From Pseudodesulfovibrio mercurii (GTDB taxonomy: Bacteria > Desulfobacterota > Desulfovibrionia > Desulfovibrionales > Desulfovibrionaceae): a DNA stretch of 32,000 nucleotides. Below are positions 8,068-15,962 of this stretch, piece after piece (within the stretch, counting starts at the first letter, position 1; every line of letters starts with the position of its first letter). The notes below the pieces were generated by a model. It did no database searches and was not told the DNA's origin. It was given only the letters and a program-made list of their open reading frames with translations. The position numbers were made by a program, and so were the translations under genes. The stretch covers positions 3,120,001-3,152,000 of the forward strand of contig NC_016803.1 in the NCBI RefSeq assembly GCF_000189295.2, read 5' to 3'.

Positions 8068-8354
8068 ACGGAAGGCCTCGATTTATGACCGAATCAGCGG
8101 CATTCGTTGTGGTGCCGCCTTCGGCGGGGAGGGCAGCGGGAGGACCCGGTTTCCCCCCCCCTCACACCCCCAGGCACCCCCAGGTGGCGAAGCCACCCCC
8201 CGCCACACCATCGTGAGCGACTCGGGCGGCACCGCCACCCGACAGCCCCCCCCCAGCGTTCCCCACCCCCCGGAGCGACTCGGGTGCCCCCGGGCACCCG
8301 ACAGCGGCTCTCGCCCCCGTACGGAGTCAGGCTTTCGAGAGTGGTGCAGCCGTG

Positions 8355-8425
8355 CATTTTTCGGGGGGCCGTTTCACCGCAGCGTAGTCTTCCTACGTGA
8401 GGATGAAACGGCCCCCCGAAAAATG
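8355..8425. repeat. Perfect 22-bp inverted repeat with 27-nt loop (long hairpin/cruciform)
   Basis: CATTTTTCGGGGGGCCGTTTCA (8355-8376) pairs with TGAAACGGCCCCCCGAAAAATG (8404-8425). The loop contains a second small hairpin, CGTAG-N5-CTACG. Confidence 0.8.
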
Positions 8426-8633
8426 TGCGGATGCGCCGCTCTCGGAAGCCGCGCGCACGGCAAAAAGAAAGGCTCCATGGCGGTGATTGGAGCCTTTCGG
8501 GGGGAGTTCCCGGCGGGGATTGCCGGGAAAACAATTGTTGTCGTTGACGTGCCCATACAGTCATACTTTTATTGCAAATACAATAGGGGAACCTCCTGAT
8601 ATTGAGGCCCTTTCCCAGGAAAAATTCCCATTC

Positions 8634-8668
8634 GACAAAAACAAACCGCCCGGCGGAACCGGGCGGTT
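8634..8668 (-). terminator. Rho-independent terminator of the ykgJ-like / small-protein operon
   Basis: The minus strand reads AACCGCCCGG-TTCCG-CCGGGCGGTT followed by TGTTTTTGTCG. Confidence 0.65.
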
Positions 8669-8704
8669 GAAAACGGCTATGAATTACCGTGTGTTTTCGG
8701 GAAG

Positions 8705-8959
8705 TTATTCGCCAAGCAGCTTGCGGGCGATGTCGAGATCGTAGAGGGCCAGGGGATTGCGGTCGGTGTTTTTCTCGCGGAACATGACCGCGGCCGCCTC
8801 GATGGCTCCGTAGGGGACCCAGGGGTGCTTTTCCCAGATGATCGGCTCGTCCGGATTGTACAGGCGGAATTCGATCTCGCCCCCGTTCTCGCGCACGTAC
8901 ATGCGCACCTCGGGGTGTTGCAGGGACGGGGTGTAGTAGACGCCGCGTGCATCTTTCAT
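8705..8959 (-). CDS. Small conserved-looking hypothetical protein (84 aa)
   Basis: The sequence begins MKDARGVYYTPSLQHPEVRMYVRENGGEIEFRLYNPDEPIIWEKHPW... AGGAGA lies 7 nt upstream and overlaps the stop of the upstream gene. The composition is globular. Confidence 0.7.
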   Translation of the reverse strand: MKDARGVYYTPSLQHPEVRMYVRENGGEIEFRLYNPDEPIIWEKHPWVPYGAIEAAAVMFREKNTDRNPLALYDLDIARKLLGE

Positions 8960-8970
8960 GGCGCGTTCTC

Positions 8971-9657
8971 CTAGGCTTGGAAGTTGAAGCGGACCGTGTC
9001 GCCCGTGTCATAGACCTTGACGTTCATGGCCCCGAGCAGGACGCGCAGGGGGCGGCCGAAGAGGAAGTCGTTCAGCTCCGGGGCCATGCCCGACTTCTCC
9101 GGGACCAGGCGGCGCAGCTCCATGTCGTAGACGACCATTTCCTTGAGCGATTCGCCGGCCTCGCGGTCGCCTTCCCGGGCGGCCTGGGCCAGCGCCTCCA
9201 TGCGGCGGGGATCGCAGCGGCGGTCGTGCTCGGCCATGAGTTCGCGCAGAGGGTGGCCTTCGGGCAGGAGGTCGGCGCGGGTCAGCCGGTCCCTGGCGTA
9301 CATGGCCTGAAGCGGTCCGGTGTCCTCGCAGAACAGGGCCTCGCACTCGGCGGGCCGGGTGGCGTACACGGCGCAGAGGTTGCTCTCTGGGCTCAGATAG
9401 ATGCAGGTCCAGCCGCCGTCGCGGCCCTTGATCTTGAGCATCTCGGTCTCGAGGGGGACGACGTTCTGGGCGGGCTGGTCGAAGACCCATTCACCGGCGC
9501 GCAGGGTGACGATGTCGGCCAGGGGGATGGTGCCGTCCTGGATGAGCGGGAGATCCTGCACGTGCAGGGCCGGGCCGCCGCTGCGGCAGCACTGCCCGCA
9601 ACGTCGGCATTGCGGTTCGTTTGTGGTTGGAATTTGCAAGTTTGTGTTGCTCCTCAT
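8971..9657 (-). CDS. YkgJ-family (UPF0153) cysteine-cluster protein, putative Fe-S/Zn binding
   Basis: 228 aa. The N-terminal CRRCGQCC (CxxCxxCC) motif plus downstream Cys residues (WTCIYL, NLCAVY, ECEALFC) are typical of this family. Confidence 0.75.
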   Translation of the reverse strand: MRSNTNLQIPTTNEPQCRRCGQCCRSGGPALHVQDLPLIQDGTIPLADIVTLRAGEWVFDQPAQNVVPLETEMLKIKGRDGGWTCIYLSPESNLCAVYATRPAECEALFCEDTGPLQAMYARDRLTRADLLPEGHPLRELMAEHDRRCDPRRMEALAQAAREGDREAGESLKEMVVYDMELRRLVPEKSGMAPELNDFLFGRPLRVLLGAMNVKVYDTGDTVRFNFQA

Positions 9658-9820
9658 ACCCTTTTGCGGTAACGCTTATGGCGGTCCATATCCTGTGCCA
9701 AGGGTCCGATACTCCGGCTCGGCCGCGAAGGCAAGGCCGGGGGTGGCGAACGATCCCGAAATCAGGGTGTCCGTCAAGGCGGCAAATTGAGGATTGACAA
9801 TGGTTTCTTGGATATTTCGG

Positions 9821-9850
9821 TTGACAAAAAACCGAACGGTCCAGTACATT
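9821..9850 (+). promoter_or_regulatory. Candidate sigma-70 promoter of dsrA (leader of about 160 nt)
   Basis: TTGACA (9821-9826), 18-nt spacer, TACATT (9845-9850). It lies in an AT-richer island upstream of dsrA. Confidence 0.3.
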
Positions 9851-10017
9851 ATCAGCCCTGCATACCTTGTGAATATTGGCGCAATTGCCGCTATTCCGGG
9901 TAGTTGCGTTTCGTAGGAAAGGCGTTCTGGCTTCAGGTGATTTTTTTCACCATTACCCGGCCCGGGCGCAAGAATGGTTGATGGCAACATCTTAATCAAA
10001 CAATGGAGGTTAAGGGA

Positions 10018-11337
10018 ATGGCGAAACACAAAACTCCTATGTTGGATCAGCTGGAAAGCGGCCCGTGGCCCAGCTTTGTATCCGACATCAAACAGGAGGC
10101 TGACTCTCGAGCCAAGAACGAGAAGGGTCTGGATTACCAGATTCCCGTCGATTGCCCCGAAGATCTGCTGGGTGTTCTGGAAATGTCCTACGAGGACGGC
10201 GAGACCCACTGGAAGCACGGCGGCATCGTCGGCGTCTTCGGCTACGGCGGCGGCGTCATCGGCCGTTACTGTGACCAGCCGGAGAAGTTCCCCGGTGTTG
10301 CGCACTTCCACACCGTGCGCGTGGCCCAGCCCAACGGCAAATGGTACAGCACCGAGCTGCTGCGCAGCCTGGTCAAGATCTGGGAGCTCCGCGGCTCCGG
10401 CCTGACCAACATGCACGGCGCCACCGGCGACATCGTGTTCCTGGGCACCACCACCCCGCAGCTTGAGGAAATCTTCTGGGAACTGACCCATGACCTCGAG
10501 ATCGACCTCGGCGGTTCCGGCTCCAACCTGCGTACCCCCGCCACCTGCCTCGGCATGTCCCGCTGCGAGTACGCCTGCTACAACACCCAGGAGCTGTGCT
10601 ACAACCTGACCCAGGAATACCAGGACGAGCTCCATCGCCCGGCGTTCCCCTACAAGTTCAAGTTCAAGTTCGACGGTTGCCCGAACGGCTGCGTGGCCGC
10701 CATCGCCCGTTCCGACCTTTCCTTCATCGGTACCTGGAAAGACCAGATCAAGGTCAATCAGGAAGCCGTGGCCGCCTACGTCGGCGGCGAGATCGCTCCC
10801 AACGCCGGCGCCCATGCGGGCCGTGACTGGGGCGCGTTCGACATCCAGAAGGAAGTCGTGGACCTGTGTCCCTCCAAGTGCATTACCTACGCCGACGGCA
10901 AACTGACCATCGACGACAAGGAATGCGTCCGCTGCATGCACTGCATCAACACCATGCCTCGCGCGCTGAAGATCGGCGACGAGCGCGGCTGTTCGATCCT
11001 GTGCGGCGCCAAGGCCCCGATCCTCGACGGCCCGCAGATGGGCTCCCTGCTCGTTCCCTTCATGGAAGTGAACAAGGAAGACGACTACCAGTCCATCAAG
11101 GACCTCATCGAGAACATCTGGGATTGGTGGATGGAAGAGGGCAAGAACCGTGAGCGTATCGGTGAGACCATGAAGCGTCTGGGCATGTCCGCCCTGATCG
11201 ACGCCGCCGGTGTCCCCGTGGATGCCCGCCAGGTCCAGGAGCCTCGCCACAACCCCTACATCTTCTGGAAAGCCGAAGACGTCGAAGGCGGTTGGGATCG
11301 GGATATCAACGAATTCCGCAAGCGCCACCAGCGCTAA
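10018..11337 (+). CDS. dsrA: Dissimilatory sulfite reductase alpha subunit
   Basis: ORF 10003.. is trimmed to the ATG at 10018, with GGAGG at 10005-10009. MAKHKTPMLDQLESGPWPSFVSDIKQEA is the characteristic DsrA N-terminus. Sirohaem/Fe-S Cys motifs (CxxxxxC, CPNGC) and ferredoxin-domain cysteines are present. Confidence 0.97.
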   Translation: MAKHKTPMLDQLESGPWPSFVSDIKQEADSRAKNEKGLDYQIPVDCPEDLLGVLEMSYEDGETHWKHGGIVGVFGYGGGVIGRYCDQPEKFPGVAHFHTVRVAQPNGKWYSTELLRSLVKIWELRGSGLTNMHGATGDIVFLGTTTPQLEEIFWELTHDLEIDLGGSGSNLRTPATCLGMSRCEYACYNTQELCYNLTQEYQDELHRPAFPYKFKFKFDGCPNGCVAAIARSDLSFIGTWKDQIKVNQEAVAAYVGGEIAPNAGAHAGRDWGAFDIQKEVVDLCPSKCITYADGKLTIDDKECVRCMHCINTMPRALKIGDERGCSILCGAKAPILDGPQMGSLLVPFMEVNKEDDYQSIKDLIENIWDWWMEEGKNRERIGETMKRLGMSALIDAAGVPVDARQVQEPRHNPYIFWKAEDVEGGWDRDINEFRKRHQR

Positions 11338-11355
11338 AAAGAGGAGTGTATCGAT

Positions 11356-12501
11356 ATGGCTTTTATTTCTTCTGGGTACAATCCCGCAAAACCGATGGAA
11401 GGTCGGATTTCCGACATCGGACCTCGTCACTTCGGCGAGTACCTGCCCCCGGTTATCAAAGAGAACTTTGGTAAATGGGACTACCATGAGATCATCGAGT
11501 CCGGCATCCTGCTGCACGTGGCTCAGTCCGGCGCCAAGACCTACACCGTCCGCGCCGGTACCGCCCGCCTGATGTCCGTGACCCACATCCGTGAAATCTG
11601 CGACATCGCCGACAAGTTCTCCGGCGGCTATGTCCGTTTCACCACCCGTAACAACCTCGAGTTCCAGGTCGAGACCGAAGAGGCCGCCAAGGAACTGAAG
11701 AAGTACCTGAACGACCAGAAGTTCCCCGGCGGAGCCCACAAGTTCCCCGTCGGCGGCACCGGCGCCGGTGTGACGAACATCGTCCACACCCAGGGCTGGG
11801 TCCACTGCCACACCCCGGCGACCGACGCTTCCGGTACCGTCAAGGCGACCATGGACGTGGTCTTCGACGAGTTCACCAGCATGAAGCTGCCCGCCCCGGT
11901 GCGCATCTCCATGGCCTGCTGCCTGAACATGTGCGGCGCGGTGCACTGCTCCGACATCGCCATCCTGGGCATCCACCGCAAACCGCCGCTGCTCGACCAC
12001 AAGTTCCTCGACAACCTGTGCGAGATCCCGCTGGCCGTTGCCGCCTGCCCCACCGGCGCTGTGCGTCCCTCCAAGATCGAGCTCGACGGTGAGACCTACA
12101 AGACCGTCGCGGTCAAGCAGGAGCGCTGCATGTTCTGCGGCAACTGCTACACCATGTGTCCCTCCATGCCCCTGGCTGACAAGGACGGCGACGGTATCGC
12201 CCTGATGGTCGGCGGCAAGATCTCCAACCGCATCACCAAGCCCGCCTTCTCCAAGGTCGTGGTTCCGTTCATCCCCAACGAGCCGCCTCGCTGGCCCACG
12301 ATGACCAAGGTGATCAAAAAGATCCTCGACACCTACGCCGCCGACGCCCACAAGTACGAGCGTCTGGGCGACTGGGCCAACCGCATCGGTTGGGAGCGTT
12401 TCTTCGAGAAATGCGACCTGCCGTTCAGCGAGCATCTGATCGATGACTTCCGTGATCCGGCCTACTACACCTGGCGCCAGACCACGCAGTTCAAGTGGTA
12501 A
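11356..12501 (+). CDS. dsrB: Dissimilatory sulfite reductase beta subunit
   Basis: 381 aa. [26 protein letters not shown] is a characteristic DsrB start. Motifs [17 protein letters not shown], CxxxC and [12 protein letters not shown] are present. GAGGAG is at 11341-11346. Confidence 0.97.
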   Translation: MAFISSGYNPAKPMEGRISDIGPRHFGEYLPPVIKENFGKWDYHEIIESGILLHVAQSGAKTYTVRAGTARLMSVTHIREICDIADKFSGGYVRFTTRNNLEFQVETEEAAKELKKYLNDQKFPGGAHKFPVGGTGAGVTNIVHTQGWVHCHTPATDASGTVKATMDVVFDEFTSMKLPAPVRISMACCLNMCGAVHCSDIAILGIHRKPPLLDHKFLDNLCEIPLAVAACPTGAVRPSKIELDGETYKTVAVKQERCMFCGNCYTMCPSMPLADKDGDGIALMVGGKISNRITKPAFSKVVVPFIPNEPPRWPTMTKVIKKILDTYAADAHKYERLGDWANRIGWERFFEKCDLPFSEHLIDDFRDPAYYTWRQTTQFKW

Positions 12502-12515
12502 GAAAATAAAGGTTT

Positions 12516-12543
12516 CGGGGTACGGCGAATCCGCCGTACCCCG
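12516..12543 (+). terminator. Intercistronic stem-loop between dsrB and dsrD (partial terminator or mRNA stabiliser)
   Basis: CGGGGTACGGCG (12516-12527) pairs with CGCCGTACCCCG (12532-12543) across a 4-nt loop. It is followed by ACTTTAT, which is only weakly U-rich. Confidence 0.55.
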
Positions 12544-12570
12544 ACTTTATGCAAAAATAAGGAGTCCCTC

Positions 12571-12819
12571 ATGGCACTCGATCCCGTAGCTGCAAAAGCT
12601 GAAATCATCAAATTCTGCGAAGAGAAGTCCAGCAGTAAGACCAAGTTTTACTTCAACGACTTCACTAAGCTTTTCCCGGATGAGAAGAGCCGCGACGTGA
12701 AAAAACTCCTGACCCAGTTGGTTCAGGAAGAAAAGATGGTGTTCTGGTCCTCCGGGTCCACCACCATGTACGGTCTGGCCGGCGTCGGCAAGCAGGCCGC
12801 TTCCGAGGGCGAAGGTTAA
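12571..12819 (+). CDS. dsrD: DsrD, small winged-helix protein of the dsr locus
   Basis: 82 aa. The position directly after dsrB, the size and the KFYFNDF...KKLL...WSSGSTTMYGL pattern match DsrD. AAGGAG is upstream. Confidence 0.9.
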   Translation: MALDPVAAKAEIIKFCEEKSSSKTKFYFNDFTKLFPDEKSRDVKKLLTQLVQEEKMVFWSSGSTTMYGLAGVGKQAASEGEG

Positions 12820-12841
12820 TCTTCGAGCCTGATCGGTTTAC

Positions 12842-12887
12842 AAGCCTTGCCCTCGTCCATGCGATGACGGGCAAGGCTTTCTTGGTT
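12842..12887 (+). terminator. Rho-independent terminator after dsrD
   Basis: AAGCCTTGCCC (12842-12852) pairs with GGGCAAGGCTT (12869-12879). The hairpin is followed by TCTTGGTT. Confidence 0.7.
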
Positions 12888-12907
12888 CAATAAGCCCGGT
12901 TTTCAAC

Positions 12908-14293
12908 GTGCAGAATCCCCTCCCGCGCATCCTCCTGGCCGGACTGTCCGGCGGCACCGGCAAGACCATCGTCTCCCTGGCGCTGGCCCGCGCCTTCACG
13001 CGCCGGGGCCTGACCGTGGCCCCGTTCAAGAAGGGCCCGGACTACATCGACGCCCAGTGGCTCGGCCTGGCCGCGAACCGGCCGTGTTCCAATCTGGACC
13101 CGTATTTCCACACCCGGGACGTCATCCGTTCCGTGTTCTTCCACAAGTCGCGCGGCGCGGACGTGAGCCTCATCGAGGGCAATCGGGGGCTGTTCGACGG
13201 CATGAACGAGCAGGGCACCTGCTCCAGCGCCGAGCTGGCCCGCGTGCTCGACGCCCCGGTGATCCTGGCCATCGACTGCACCAAGATGACCCGCACCGTG
13301 GCCGCCATCGTTCAGGGGTGCGCCGGGTTCGAGCCCGGCCTGAACCTGGCGGGCGTGATCCTCAACCGCACGGCGGGCGAGCGCCATCGCGCCGTGCTGC
13401 GCCGGTCCATGGAGACCTATTGCGACGTGCCCGTGCTGGGCATGCTCCCCAAGATGCGAAATCCCATCCCCGAGCGGCACATGGGCCTCATGTCCGACCA
13501 GGAATACGACGGGGCCGCCCATCTGGACGCATTGGCCGACCTGGCCGGGGAGTGGCTGGACCTGGACGGCATCCTGGCGGCGGCGGACGCGGCCCCGGAC
13601 TTCGGCCCCGCGCCCGGCCCGATCTTTTCCGGTCCGGCGGCGGCCAAACGGGCGCGCATCGGCTACGTGCACGACGCGGCTCTGTGGTTCTACTATCCCG
13701 AGAACCTGGAGGCCCTGGAGCACGCCGGGGCCGAGCTGGTCCGGTTGAGCCTCCTGGACAAGGCGCCCTGGCCCGAGATCGACGGGCTGTACCTGGGCGG
13801 AGGGTTCCCCGAGGTCTTTGCCGAGCGCATCGCGGCCAACCGGCCCGCGCTGGACCACCTGCGCGCCCTGTCCGAGTCCGGCCTGCCCATCTACGCCGAG
13901 TGCGGCGGGTTCATGGTCCTGTGCGAGACCCTGGAGATCCACGGCGGGAGCCACGCCATGGCGGGCGTCTTTCCCCTGACCACCTCCTTCTGCCCCCGGC
14001 CCCAGGGGCTCGGCTACACCGAGGCCGAGGTGGTCGAGGACACGGTCTTCTTCCCCAGGGGCGCGCGCGTCCGGGGTCATGAATTTCATTATTCCCTGTG
14101 CGTGTCCGACGGCGCGGCCGACCTGCGCCACGGGTTGCGCATGCTCCGGGGCCAGGGCAGCGCGCTGGGCCGGGACGGGTTTCTGCACAGGAACACCTGG
14201 GCCGGATACAACCACATCCACGCCCTGGCCGTGCCCGGCTGGGCGGAACGGTTCGTGGCCGCGGCTGCGGCGCGGCGCGGCTCGGCCCGGTAA
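12908..14293 (+). CDS. dsrN: Cobyrinic acid a,c-diamide synthase homologue (DsrN-type, proposed sirohaem amidase)
   Basis: 461 aa with a GTG start. The N-terminal P-loop is GLSGGTGKT, the CbiA/CobB glutamine amidotransferase C-domain has YAECGGFM, and the gene lies directly after dsrABD. Confidence 0.85.
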   Translation: MQNPLPRILLAGLSGGTGKTIVSLALARAFTRRGLTVAPFKKGPDYIDAQWLGLAANRPCSNLDPYFHTRDVIRSVFFHKSRGADVSLIEGNRGLFDGMNEQGTCSSAELARVLDAPVILAIDCTKMTRTVAAIVQGCAGFEPGLNLAGVILNRTAGERHRAVLRRSMETYCDVPVLGMLPKMRNPIPERHMGLMSDQEYDGAAHLDALADLAGEWLDLDGILAAADAAPDFGPAPGPIFSGPAAAKRARIGYVHDAALWFYYPENLEALEHAGAELVRLSLLDKAPWPEIDGLYLGGGFPEVFAERIAANRPALDHLRALSESGLPIYAECGGFMVLCETLEIHGGSHAMAGVFPLTTSFCPRPQGLGYTEAEVVEDTVFFPRGARVRGHEFHYSLCVSDGAADLRHGLRMLRGQGSALGRDGFLHRNTWAGYNHIHALAVPGWAERFVAAAAARRGSAR

Positions 14294-14367
14294 ATTTCTT
14301 GTTCGGCGTGATCTTTCGTGAGACACTGCCGGCACACAATCACCCACTCCTACAAGCGAGTATCATC

Positions 14368-15498
14368 ATGAGCATACCTTTCATCGATCTGAAAACGCAG
14401 TATCGGCAGATCGAGGACCAGATCAAACACAATATCGACGCGGTCCTGGAACGCGGGGCCTACATCATGGGCCCGGAGATCGGCGAGCTGGAAAGCAAGC
14501 TGGCCGAGTACGCCGGGGTGGACCACGCCGTGAGCTGCTCGTCGGGCACCGACGCCCTGCTCATGGCCCTCATGGCCCTGGGCGTGGGGCCGGGCGACGC
14601 CATCTTCACCACGCCGTTCACCTTCATCGCCACGGCCGAGGTGGTCGCCCTGCTCGGCGCGACCCCGGTCTTCGTGGACATCGACCCCGTGACCTTCAAC
14701 ATCGACCCCGACGACCTGCGGCGCAAGATCCGCTTCGTCAAGGAGAATCGCAAGGACCTGACCGCCAAGGGTGTCATCGCCGTGGACATCTTCGGCCAGC
14801 CCGCGGACTACGACGCCATCGAGCCCCTGGCCCACAACTCCGGCCTGTTCCTGGTGGTGGACGCGGCCCAGTCCTTCGGCGCGACCTGCCAGGGCCGCTC
14901 GGTCTGTTCCCTGGGCGACCTGGCCTGCACCTCCTTTTTCCCGGCCAAGCCGCTCGGCTGCTACGGCGACGGCGGCATGGTCTTCGCCCACAACGAGGCC
15001 CTGCACAAACTGCTGATCTCCATCCGCGTGCACGGCATGGGCGAGCACAAGTACGACAACGACCGGCTGGGACTGACCGCGCGCATGGACTCCATGCAGG
15101 CGGCCGTGCTCCTGGCCAAGTTCGAGATTTTCCCCGGCGAGATCGAGAAGCGCCAGGAAGTGGCCGCGCGCTATGCCGCGCTGCTGTCCGAGGTGGACGG
15201 CCTGACCCCGCCGTCCGTGCCCGAGGGCAATGTCTCGGTCTGGGCCCAGTACTGCGTCCTGGCCCGGGACACCGAGCAGCGCACCGAGGTCATGGGCAGG
15301 CTGGCCGAGGCGTCCATCCCGTCGGTCATCTACTATCCCAAGCCGCTGCACCTGCAGAAGGCCTTCGCCGACCTGGGCTACAAACCCGGCGACTTCCCGG
15401 TGTCCGAGGACACGGCCTCGCGCATCTTCGCCCTGCCCATGCATCCCTATCTGACCGCCGAGGCCCAGGAGGCCATCGTCAAGGTCATCAAGGGGTAG
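14368..15498 (+). CDS. DegT/DnrJ/EryC1/StrS-family PLP-dependent sugar aminotransferase
   Basis: ORF 14098.. is trimmed to the ATG at 14368 (MSIPFIDLKTQYRQIEDQI...). Family motifs are SSGTDALLMAL and FFPAKPLGCYGDGG, the latter carrying the catalytic Lys. Confidence 0.9.
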   Translation: MSIPFIDLKTQYRQIEDQIKHNIDAVLERGAYIMGPEIGELESKLAEYAGVDHAVSCSSGTDALLMALMALGVGPGDAIFTTPFTFIATAEVVALLGATPVFVDIDPVTFNIDPDDLRRKIRFVKENRKDLTAKGVIAVDIFGQPADYDAIEPLAHNSGLFLVVDAAQSFGATCQGRSVCSLGDLACTSFFPAKPLGCYGDGGMVFAHNEALHKLLISIRVHGMGEHKYDNDRLGLTARMDSMQAAVLLAKFEIFPGEIEKRQEVAARYAALLSEVDGLTPPSVPEGNVSVWAQYCVLARDTEQRTEVMGRLAEASIPSVIYYPKPLHLQKAFADLGYKPGDFPVSEDTASRIFALPMHPYLTAEAQEAIVKVIKG

Positions 15499-15505
15499 CG
15501 GGCCC

Positions 15506-15856
15506 ATGGCCTGGCTGACCTGGGCGGGCACGGTGCGGGTGCTCAAGCCGGTGGCCGCGGGCGTGGCCCTGGCCTACCTGGGCACGGGCTTCGTGGACGG
15601 TCCGCCGCCCGTGAACTTCCGCGCGGACGGCCCCGGCGCCGCCAAGCAGGCGGAGATCGTGGAGCCCCAGGCCGAGCTGGTCATCGAGCGGAACATCCTC
15701 AAACTCGGCTCGCTGCTGACATTCCGGGTCGAGGACCCGGTCCAGGTGCGCAGGCAGGGGCTTGCGGGCGACGGGGACATGTTCTACGACCCCGGTCTCA
15801 CCGGAGGCGGGGAGGTCAAGGGCGAGGTCGCGGATACGCCCGAATCCGGACAATGA
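15506..15856 (+). CDS. Hypothetical protein with N-terminal membrane anchor (116 aa)
   Basis: GC3-rich codon pattern. The start is 8 nt after the aminotransferase stop. One hydrophobic N-terminal segment is present. I recognise no family. Confidence 0.5.
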   Translation: MAWLTWAGTVRVLKPVAAGVALAYLGTGFVDGPPPVNFRADGPGAAKQAEIVEPQAELVIERNILKLGSLLTFRVEDPVQVRRQGLAGDGDMFYDPGLTGGGEVKGEVADTPESGQ

Positions 15857-15962
15857 TCCCGGCCCGTGCGGCGGCGGATTTGCCACCCGCCACGGGCTCT
15901 GGTAAGGGGGATACCCCGAACGACATCACGCCGGGCACGGCCCGGCACAAAGGAGTACATGC

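Noticed and set aside
6503-8068. 521-aa minus-strand ORF
   Set aside because: It is antisense to znuA and zur and runs into the repeat element. The composition is low-complexity and no RBS is present.
7783-9011. ORFs 7783..8088, 8063..8599, 8107..8400 and 8094..9011 inside the zur / ykgJ spacer
   Set aside because: They are translations of palindromic or C-rich repeats (P/G/R/S strings). They have no RBS and overlap each other in several frames. The region is treated as non-coding.
9877-9892. Sigma-54-like TGGCGCAATTGCCGCT upstream of dsrA
   Set aside because: The -12 element reads CCGC instead of TTGC and the -24 element has a mismatch at a conserved position. It is better explained as part of a palindromic repressor-type site (GCAATTGC).
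9676-12435. 919-aa ORF on the minus strand across the whole dsrAB region
   Set aside because: It is antisense to two unmistakable genes. The translation is a Gly/Val/Ala/Asp/His-rich low-complexity string, typical of the open antisense frame of GC3-rich genes.
14098-14367. 90-codon N-terminal extension of the aminotransferase ORF
   Set aside because: The extension overlaps the 3' end of dsrN and translates to Arg/Gly/Pro junk. The family N-terminus (MSIPFIDLK...) starts at 14368.
12887-15546. Two long minus-strand ORFs (12887..14347 and 14350..15546)
   Set aside because: They are antisense to dsrN and to the DegT aminotransferase, and show GC-driven open frames with junk composition.
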